The position numbers and the translations under genes are program-made. Positions 9,844 through 16,731 of a DNA stretch of 64,000 nt are shown here, in pieces. The notes under the pieces are model-generated. The model was not told where the DNA came from. It saw only the letters and a list, made by a program, of their open reading frames with translations, and ran no database searches. Origin of the DNA: Myxococcota bacterium (lineage in GTDB: Bacteria; Myxococcota_A; SURF-8); assembly GCA_965140415.1 (NCBI GenBank), contig OZ223209.1, positions 3,360,001 through 3,424,000 of the forward strand. Direction: 5' to 3'. Position 1 is the stretch's first letter; each line of letters begins with the position of its first letter.

Positions 9844-11311
9844 CGTCCTGGTCTTCTTCATCTTCATCTTCATCTTCGTCGGCCCAGGCGCTGCACTCGG
9901 ATCGGTGTGGGCAGTCCGGGCATTCGGGTTCGTTTCGTTCACGGCAATCCTCCTCATTTTCGGGGTGTAAGGCGCACCATTCGCGGTGGCACTGTAAGCA
10001 TTCGTAAGGTCCGCCATCGTTGCGGCAATCGTCGCGCACATCGTCCAGGAAGGGGCAGCGCGCATCGCCGCAGTCCAGGCAGTCCCGCGGAGAGCTGCCA
10101 TCGAAACAACGGCTGTAACGCTCATCCCAATACGGGCAGTCCCGGTCGTTGCAGTCCGTGCAAGTGGCTTCGCCGCCCTCGTAGCACTCCTCGTACTCGT
10201 CGCGCTCGCTGTCGAACCACTGCGTGTACGGGTCCAGCGGGTTGTAGGACATCAGGAATTCGTCGAGCAGCAAGAGCAGCATGCCCCATTCTCTTTGCGC
10301 CATGAGCTTGTTGACATCGTCGCCGATGTTGCCCAGGCACGGGCTGCCTTCCGTGCTGATGTGCGGGTGGAAGTAGTTCGATCGCCACTCGTTGTTGCCC
10401 GCCGGCTCGAACCGGATCAGCTCCTTGCCGGTCAACTCGATACGGCAGCGGATGTCGCCCAGTTCCGAGGTTTCACCACTGTCCGGGTCTTCAATCTGCA
10501 CGTCGGTATGCACGGCCACCAGCTCCGTGTCGCTGATGCTGATGGACTGGAAGCGCTCGCCCACGAGGGACTGCAACTGCTGGCTGATGCGCTTAACCGC
10601 ACTCACCGTGCGTCCGCATTTCTCGTTGACGGCCAGACGGAGCAGACGTTCCTCTTCTCGCTGGCGCCCCAGCTTGGCCACGAGCTGATGGTACTGGCGG
10701 TTCAGTTCGAGCAGGTTGGCTTCGTTGTCGCGGATATCCTGCTGGGTGCGCTCCAGACTCTGGCGCGAGAGGGCACTGTAGAAGCTGCCGAAGCGGCGCG
10801 TGGTCTCGACCGGATTGGGAGTCCGCATGGCATTCCGGCAAGCCCAGTCGAAGCCGTCCTTGAAGATGCTCGTCAGCAGGGCGCGCTTGGCTCCGAAGGT
10901 GACTTCCGTACCGTTCGAAAAGCGAATGCTGCCCTCATCGATGCGGGCGATGTAGAGCGTGGATCCCTCCAGCGTCCAGGCGCCGTGCGTATACGGCACC
11001 TGGAGATCGGGGCCCTGCGCCATCGGTAGCCAGCGTTTGCGGTCTTCGTTCAAGAGCTTTCTTTTCCTGCCGGTCACCGCCGCGTTGACCGGCGCCATGT
11101 AGAAGCGGTAGTCGCCATCCAGAGCCGTGACCTCGTATTCGCGGCTGGTGATGATCGTTACCACCGGTCCGAGCGTGTACGCCGCATCGCTTCTGTCGTC
11201 CTCCTTCACCTGGACGATGGGGCGTTGGTCGGCGGGGAAATCGAGCAACCACTCCTGCATGAGCGCCCGAAGGATCTCCGCAATGCGGGTGGAGTCGTTG
11301 AGATGTTCCAT
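9779..11311 (-). CDS. Multidomain E2/UBC-like protein: N-domain, coiled coil, E2-like core, four Cys4 repeats, acidic tail
   Basis: YFHPHISTEGSPCLG matches the UBC HPN-x6-CL active-site pattern; GGAGG RBS before ATG at 11311; lies between Ubl and JAB genes. Confidence 0.75.
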   Translation of the reverse strand: MEHLNDSTRIAEILRALMQEWLLDFPADQRPIVQVKEDDRSDAAYTLGPVVTIITSREYEVTALDGDYRFYMAPVNAAVTGRKRKLLNEDRKRWLPMAQGPDLQVPYTHGAWTLEGSTLYIARIDEGSIRFSNGTEVTFGAKRALLTSIFKDGFDWACRNAMRTPNPVETTRRFGSFYSALSRQSLERTQQDIRDNEANLLELNRQYHQLVAKLGRQREEERLLRLAVNEKCGRTVSAVKRISQQLQSLVGERFQSISISDTELVAVHTDVQIEDPDSGETSELGDIRCRIELTGKELIRFEPAGNNEWRSNYFHPHISTEGSPCLGNIGDDVNKLMAQREWGMLLLLLDEFLMSYNPLDPYTQWFDSERDEYEECYEGGEATCTDCNDRDCPYWDERYSRCFDGSSPRDCLDCGDARCPFLDDVRDDCRNDGGPYECLQCHREWCALHPENEEDCRERNEPECPDCPHRSECSAWADEDEDEDEEDQDDGTDGDEAEADEPDSGGVVVG

Positions 11312-11324
11312 GTAACCTCCTGAC

Positions 11325-11361
11325 AAAAAGTGAACGGCGGAAGGTTTCCCCTCCGCCGCTC
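11325..11361 (-). terminator. Terminator/attenuator-like hairpin between Ubl and E2
   Basis: Minus strand GCGGCGGAGG-GGAAA-CCTTCCGCCGT then TCACTTTTT. Confidence 0.6.
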
Positions 11362-11382
11362 TGGTCCGCTCCTCCTTTCCGG

Positions 11383-11652
11383 CTACTGGTGGGCTACCGC
11401 ACCGCCGTCGACCTTGGGCGTCAAGGCGACGATGTCGCCATCATCGGGCCGCTCGTGGAGCTGGGTGTGGACACCGTTCAGGGTCGCCATGTAGCCTTCG
11501 CTCTGAAAGCCCGCCGCGAGGAGGGCGTCGGCGATTGTGCTGCCTGCGGGAATGGTGGTAGCTTTCTGCCTGCCGATCGAAACGACGGTGACGCGGATGC
11601 CGGGATTGCGGTTCTGGGACTGCTGGTCGTGGTTCTGGTTCTGGTCGTTCAT
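11383..11652 (-). CDS. Ubiquitin-like beta-grasp protein (ThiS/MoaD-like) with a 5-aa extension after GG
   Basis: 89 aa; ...GSTIADAL...LNG...DGDIVALTPKVDGG|AVAHQ; GGAGG RBS. Confidence 0.85.
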   Translation of the reverse strand: MNDQNQNHDQQSQNRNPGIRVTVVSIGRQKATTIPAGSTIADALLAAGFQSEGYMATLNGVHTQLHERPDDGDIVALTPKVDGGAVAHQ

Positions 11653-11697
11653 GGGGTTCCTCCATTGCATGGGATGATGGGCGCTGTGGCCCGGACA

Positions 11698-11722
11698 CAA
11701 AAACGCCGCCTCGTGGGCGGCT
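11698..11722 (-). terminator. Terminator-like hairpin between the SSB-like gene and Ubl
   Basis: Minus strand GCCGCC-CACGA-GGCGGC-GTTTTT. Confidence 0.65.
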
Positions 11723-11757
11723 GCTGTCGGTTACGTTGCTGTCGTGGGTTGGATCTG

Positions 11758-12516
11758 CTACTCGGCGCTGTCGCCGTTCTCCTCGTCCCCATTGGGCTGA
11801 ATGACGCTGCGCAGGTTCTCGAAGATAGTCTTGAACTGCCGGATTTCCTGCTCGTTGCAGTCTTCTTCCTTTTCGAGTTGCAGGACGGCATACGTGCCGC
11901 TCGGCATGGTGAGCGAGAGCCGGGTCTTGGCGGTGAACAGCGGTAGGTCGGCGCGATGACCGTCGGGGAGTTGGAGCTTGCCGAGGAAGTGACGCGCCAG
12001 ATAGCGCTGCACGGGTCTGCGCGACGTGGCTTTGGCGCGGATGATGAAGGGGTTCTCATCGTCCAGATCGAGGCCGAGCAGCGTATATACAATATCGCAA
12101 TCCGGAGCGCTGGCTTGACCGTTATTGCGCCCCCACAATCGATGCGGACAGTTGGCGCAGTCCACGACCTCGCCGTCGGTGCGGACGCCTTCCACGCCGT
12201 CATCCGAACGGCAGTGCTCGGTCATACCGCTGGTTTCCGAGTAGGTTGCCCATCGGCGGGACTTTTTGATGTGGAGCAGGACGCAACTGATTTCATCCTT
12301 CGCCTCGCCTGTCAGCGTGTTGACGAACACATTCTTCGGCACCCAGGAACCGTCCGGTAGGCGGCGTTTGGTGTTGTAGGCGAAGGAAGGTAGCGGCCGA
12401 TCTTCATTGTCCAGATGGGACAGAGCCTGAAGACCGGCCAGCTCGGTGATGAGGGATTGGGGGATGGGGAGATTCGGCGCGGTCGGCGCCGGCGGGGAAT
12501 GGGTATTCTGGGTCAT
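11758..12516 (-). CDS. Phage-type Zn-binding protein, possibly single-stranded DNA-binding
   Basis: CRSDDG...CANCP..WG......PDC four-Cys pattern recalled from phage replication modules; acidic C-terminus; GAGGAG RBS before MTQNTH. Confidence 0.5.
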   Translation of the reverse strand: MTQNTHSPPAPTAPNLPIPQSLITELAGLQALSHLDNEDRPLPSFAYNTKRRLPDGSWVPKNVFVNTLTGEAKDEISCVLLHIKKSRRWATYSETSGMTEHCRSDDGVEGVRTDGEVVDCANCPHRLWGRNNGQASAPDCDIVYTLLGLDLDDENPFIIRAKATSRRPVQRYLARHFLGKLQLPDGHRADLPLFTAKTRLSLTMPSGTYAVLQLEKEEDCNEQEIRQFKTIFENLRSVIQPNGDEENGDSAE

Positions 12517-12591
12517 GGCGTTTCTCCTCTGTGAAATTGGGATAGGAAGTAGGAATGGCATTGCGCGACGCCTTCGGGAGCGTGATCGTCA

Positions 12592-13292
12592 TCAGACCGA
12601 GAGAGAAAGCTTCGCCGTCTGAGCCAGATCGCGGCCAAGCCGTTTCAGGCGATGGTGGGCTCGGCTGAGGTTCATACCGGCCGCCTCCCCGCATTCCTGA
12701 AAGCTGCCTCCGGCCTGACGTGTTGCCAGCAAGCGACGGTCCTGTTCGGTCTGCTCGTCGAGCCAGGTTTCCAGGTCGAAGGCGCTGACGAGCTGATCCT
12801 CCACGTCGCGGGTCGCGGCATAGGAGACCGCGTCGACGAAGCTCATGGGATTGTCGCGGGTCAAGTCGTTGTCGGCATAGGGACCGGGCTCCATGTCGGG
12901 CAGGCCGTCGAAGCGCAACACTTCGATGCCGTCTCAAAGACAGGCCATCGCGCCCATCGCATCGCGACGACGGCGGCGACCGGGGACAAAGCAGTGGGAC
13001 GGGTCGAAGGCTTTAATGCGTAAACCGTGAACGAGCGCCTCGCGGTCGGTTGGATGGCCTTTCATCGCGGCGGAGTGGTAATCGCGCCAGATCATCGCCA
13101 ACGCTTCGGCGAATCTGTCTTCCGCGTCGTGCGCGCCGTCGAGATGGCGCATGACAGGGTTGAAGATGCCGTCGGTGATCATGGCCGTGAAATCGGCGTT
13201 GATCGCCTCGTGAGACAGGGGAAGGGACGGAATCTGTTAAAGGGAATGAATGGCTGATCGGGCTGGGAATCGGTTTGCATACAGGTTTCCAT
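12592..13292 (-). pseudogene. Disrupted sigma-70 region-4-like HTH protein
   Basis: ORFs 12592-12921 and 12934-13182 share a frame and are separated by one TGA. The RBS-linked ATG at 13292 is out of frame with them. C-terminus WLDEQTEQDRRLL...GGSFQECGEAAGMNLSRAHHRLKRL is sigma-4/HTH-like. Confidence 0.6.
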
Positions 13293-13461
13293 GATTCGGA
13301 CCTCCTGGTCGTGTTCAACGCGCACGAAGGCCGTTACCACCGGCCCACGCGCAGCGTCGCCGCCTTGCGGGCGGTGGGTTTGATTGGGACGGGAAACATA
13401 TCCCGCCGATTCTTGATGTATGGTTACGCGCCGTGAAAATCAGCGCGGGTTTGAGCTATAA

Positions 13462-13487
13462 GGCTTGTGTCAGAGCTGACACAGGCC
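13462..13487. promoter_or_regulatory. 26-bp near-perfect palindrome (operator or recombination site)
   Basis: GGCTTGTGTCAG-AG-CTGACACAGGCC upstream of the leftward operon. Confidence 0.5.
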
Positions 13488-13930
13488 GTTCGGACGGACG
13501 CGAATCGTCCGGGCGTCGTGGGTCCGCGCTCGCGAGGCCGGTTGGGAAATATGAGACGAGCCGGATATCAGATTCGTTACACAATTCTTATACAATTATT
13601 CTGGCAGAACTTGCATTTCAGTCCCTACTGAGCCCGTTTGGTCCGGAAAACAGTCCAAAAAATATTTGAAAGGCCGTTTTTTCCAATGGATTCGATTTTT
13701 CTCTGGAGTGAGAATAGAAAAATATGGCCGTCGTTCTGACGAAAGGGCTGATCGAAGGAATATGGAGCGTTGTTTGGCTTATGAATACCGACAAGGCGGG
13801 TGTCGCAATTGTCGGTGCTTGGGTCCGAACGGACCTGATTGTGAGCAGGGGGTGGTCCGCAGGACTGGGACCCCTATCGATTTTCTATAGCCCTAGGCCA
13901 ATACGAGCACCGACGCCGGCAATTGCGAAA

Positions 13931-14020
13931 CCGACGTCGCAGTCCTGCTGCTATCCGACGTCGCAGGGGATGAACCGACGTCGGTTGGAGCCTACACGGG
14001 CTTATCTATGCCGACGTCGC
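13931..14020. repeat. Cluster of four CCGACGTCG motifs with a palindromic core
   Basis: Copies at 13931, 13955, 13975 and 14011; the third extends to the perfect palindrome AACCGACGTCGGTT. Confidence 0.8.
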
Positions 14021-14117
14021 TCCACCGTATACTCCAGCACCGTGGCTGTCAGCACCGTATGGAGGTTGAAGGGAGGGAGTGGCAGTATTTGCGGCAAACG
14101 TTTTCCGCCCGCGTCCT

Positions 14118-14213
14118 TCACTCGCCGTCCAGGTGGGGGTTCACCGGCGTGACAGTGTCTTCGCCGTTACCGGGTTTAACGTTGTTTGCGGGCTTCGGGT
14201 TTATATCGCTCAT
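14118..14213 (-). CDS. Putative 31-aa peptide
   Basis: MSDINPKPANNVKPGNGEDTVTPVNPHLDGE; GGAGG RBS; starts 20 nt after the upstream HTH gene stop. Confidence 0.4.
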   Translation of the reverse strand: MSDINPKPANNVKPGNGEDTVTPVNPHLDGE

Positions 14214-14233
14214 GGCTTCCTCCGTGTAACTGG

Positions 14234-14668
14234 TTATTCGAACAGGTTCCGCAGGCTACCCTTAGATGGCCGGTCCCAGTTGGCGAACCAGAGCGGTTTG
14301 AGCGGCTCGCCGTTCTCATCCCTGGAGGTATTAGTGGCCAGCGGCATCATCTTCATGTACGACCCTTCGCGCACTAGATCATATCCATTTCTGCGGCACT
14401 CTTCCCGCGCAACCTGAGTGACCAAGCTTCCCCGTCTGTCGTCCAGTAAGGCGCAGTAGCCGCCCTGATTCCAGCGTTTCACCCATTCGCGGACCGACGC
14501 GGTCGAGCAGCCGAGTTTTGCGGCGACCGACTGCTGGGATTCGCCTTCCATCAGCGCCAGAACAGCGCGCAAGCGAAGTTGGAGCCGGTCATCTGATTCC
14601 CGGTCGATAAGGGACTGGAGTTGTGCAGGGCTGAACAACGTCTGATCTGGAGGTTTCAGCGGCGGCAT
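14234..14668 (-). CDS. Transposase-type (IS630/IS481-like) HTH protein without catalytic domain
   Basis: RLRAVLALMEGESQQSVAAKLGCSTASVREWVKRWNQGG..ALLD. Confidence 0.75.
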   Translation of the reverse strand: MPPLKPPDQTLFSPAQLQSLIDRESDDRLQLRLRAVLALMEGESQQSVAAKLGCSTASVREWVKRWNQGGYCALLDDRRGSLVTQVAREECRRNGYDLVREGSYMKMMPLATNTSRDENGEPLKPLWFANWDRPSKGSLRNLFE

Positions 14669-15180
14669 TACTCGATTCCCAGCGATTTGTTCAGCATCGC
14701 GATCGACCTCTCCAGGTCATTCAACAACTCCTTTCTCGCCGCCCGGTCAAACGGGGTGTTGAACCTCGGAACCACGCGCGGTCGCTTGTCTCCGATGAGG
14801 ATATCGCTCCCCTGGCCACGGAAGTATGCGCGCAGTGGGGGGAACTCCAGATGTCTGCCCTCGGAGTATTCCAACTGGGAAATCCAGGTCAACCCACATT
14901 CGTTCCAGAGTTTCGTCCAGGTGATAAGGGTCTCCAGGGAAATGTGATGCCGCGAGCAGATCGACTCCCAAGGTTTGCCGGCCATCAGGCTGCGAATGAC
15001 CTGCAAGCGGTGAATCAGGTTTTCATCATCCTTGGACTCAATGAGGTCATCGAGATGGGTAATGTCCTCAGTGCATACGCTTTCCCGCAGAAAGACTGGC
15101 ATGGCATCTATAGGCAGGCCCATTTCGTGCAGTATGGCCTGACGCTGCTCGTCCGGGTGCGGTTTTTGATTAGAACTCAT
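14668..15180 (-). CDS. Transposase-type HTH protein without catalytic domain
   Basis: RLQVIRSLMAGKPWESICSRHHISLETLITWTKLWNECG; overlaps both neighbours. Confidence 0.65.
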   Translation of the reverse strand: MSSNQKPHPDEQRQAILHEMGLPIDAMPVFLRESVCTEDITHLDDLIESKDDENLIHRLQVIRSLMAGKPWESICSRHHISLETLITWTKLWNECGLTWISQLEYSEGRHLEFPPLRAYFRGQGSDILIGDKRPRVVPRFNTPFDRAARKELLNDLERSIAMLNKSLGIE

Positions 15181-15445
15181 TCATGTCCTCCATTTCTCCG
15201 CGAGCCTTCCGGATCCCGTTCATTACGCTGTCCGGGCCGTATCTACGGTCCAAAATATCCAATTCCTGCCCACGCCGATACAACCGGAGCCAGCGATACC
15301 CCGTGCTCCTGGCGACGCCAACGACTTTCGCTGCGGTGTGGACGGGTACGTCACGGACCAGCACCGCTGTCAAAAACATGGATTTTTGGTGCTGCTTGTA
15401 CTGAGGCTCGAAAACAGGCGGTCCTTGTATCCCGGTCACTTCCAT
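15170..15445 (-). CDS. Small transposase-type HTH protein
   Basis: TAAKVVGVARSTGYRWLRLYRRGQELDILDRR; start re-placed at MEVTG. Confidence 0.65.
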   Translation of the reverse strand: MEVTGIQGPPVFEPQYKQHQKSMFLTAVLVRDVPVHTAAKVVGVARSTGYRWLRLYRRGQELDILDRRYGPDSVMNGIRKARGEMEDMNEF

Positions 15446-15656
15446 CGCTAATTTCCCTCGTGTATCTCGGATTTCCAACGGGCAGGTTACCCAATGAAAA
15501 CGGACAACACTCCAGTTTCGCTTGTCCGAAACGTCTGCATTCACAGTACATCCATCGTGATTAATAGTCAATAATACTAGGAATGAAGAGATACAGTTTC
15601 TTCTGGACATAGTGAACCGCTGTACGTACAATCCCTTATCGGTTACGGGAGGTGAC

Positions 15657-16664
15657 ATGCCGAGACGAAAGCTCGACCCTAAACAACGACTGCGCCTGCG
15701 CGCCCTCAAGCGCGCGGAAAAGATCGGCATGACCGCTGCTGCGAAGGAGTCCGGCATTAGCCGCGTCATGCTTCACCGGTGGCGCGATCGGTTCGAGGCC
15801 GAGGGTATCGAGGGATTGCGCGACCGCAGCCATCGTCCACATCATCACCCCCATACAACACCGGCGGAGGTGGCTGAGCAGGTAGTCGAAGTCGCTCTCC
15901 TGCATCCCACGCATGGCTGCCGCCGGTTGGTCGGCGCGCTTTCCGAACGGGGTATCTCAATTAGCGAACCGACCGTTCAAGGGATCTTGGTTGACCGGGA
16001 ACTTGGTCTGGCTGAACAACGTGTGGGAATGGTCGAGCGGCGCATCCTCAGCGGCGCGTGCAAGCCATCCACCGAACTTCTCGCCGAGGTGGAGGCGGCG
16101 GATCCCGCGTTTCGTGAGCGGACCCGTCCCATACCACGACCCGGCAGTCTCTTGATCACCGATATTATCCGCGGCGGAATCATCGAGGAGGGGAGACGGC
16201 TCCGCGTAGTGGTGGTCGTCGACGCCGGGAGTGCTTACGCCTGGGCCATGCCGTTCACGGACATCGAGGAACTGCCACACATCGAGATTTTGCGCGGCCA
16301 GGTTATGCCCGACCTAGAGGAATGGGGGGTTAAACCCTTTAGTATTCTCACCCCGAATCGCGCGTCATGGGCCGAGGATAGTCCGGAAGGACGGGCATTC
16401 AGGATGTGGTGCCGCGAGGTTTTCCACCTACGGCAGAAGTTCCAGCCGGAGGGAGTGCGGAATGGAAACGTCGAGGGTTACCATCGGGTTTTCCAATCTT
16501 GGTTCCGCCGGGAGGGACTGCACAGGGCGCCGATATTACAGGTCGAGCAGGATATCACCGGGTGGCTGGAAGAGCGGAACCGGGAAACCCGGTGGATGTA
16601 TCCAAGTTTCGGTCGATCAGCGTATAACATGATGGCGACAACCGAACACCGACGTCCCGTATAA
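15657..16664 (+). CDS. IS481-family transposase-like protein with an altered DDE triad
   Basis: HTH (AAKESGISR..LHRWRDRFEAEGIEGLRDRSHRP); rve-like core PGSLLITD / VVVD / ILTPN (usually LTDN) / NGNVE; GGAGG RBS. Confidence 0.75.
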   Translation: MPRRKLDPKQRLRLRALKRAEKIGMTAAAKESGISRVMLHRWRDRFEAEGIEGLRDRSHRPHHHPHTTPAEVAEQVVEVALLHPTHGCRRLVGALSERGISISEPTVQGILVDRELGLAEQRVGMVERRILSGACKPSTELLAEVEAADPAFRERTRPIPRPGSLLITDIIRGGIIEEGRRLRVVVVVDAGSAYAWAMPFTDIEELPHIEILRGQVMPDLEEWGVKPFSILTPNRASWAEDSPEGRAFRMWCREVFHLRQKFQPEGVRNGNVEGYHRVFQSWFRREGLHRAPILQVEQDITGWLEERNRETRWMYPSFGRSAYNMMATTEHRRPV

Positions 16665-16731
16665 CCACCACACCATAAGTCTACCCCACCGGCACGAGCT
16701 TCTGCACCCATGCCGATGGGGTGACACGACG

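Noticed and set aside
9844-10125. N-terminal extension of the JAB ORF (MSVTAVVS...MKMKMKK)
   Set aside because: It is an alternative reading of the E2 gene's Cys/acidic tail; JAB-like sequence starts near 9843.
8986-10305. 439-aa plus-strand ORF, and other long antisense ORFs such as 58772-60079 and 40436-41332
   Set aside because: Shadow frames opposite motif-bearing genes in GC-rich DNA; no motifs of their own.
11383-11652. Ordinary ThiS/MoaD sulfur carrier
   Set aside because: No thiamine, molybdopterin or cysteine-synthesis genes nearby; neighbours are E2-like and JAB. Disfavoured, not excluded.
13230-13250. Programmed -1 frameshift at CCCTTTAAC in the sigma-like gene
   Set aside because: Not phased as X XXY YYZ, and a -1 shift there meets TAA immediately; an indel is more likely.
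15657-16664. Active IS481 insertion sequence
   Set aside because: The second catalytic Asp appears to be missing, and I found no terminal inverted repeats or target duplication.
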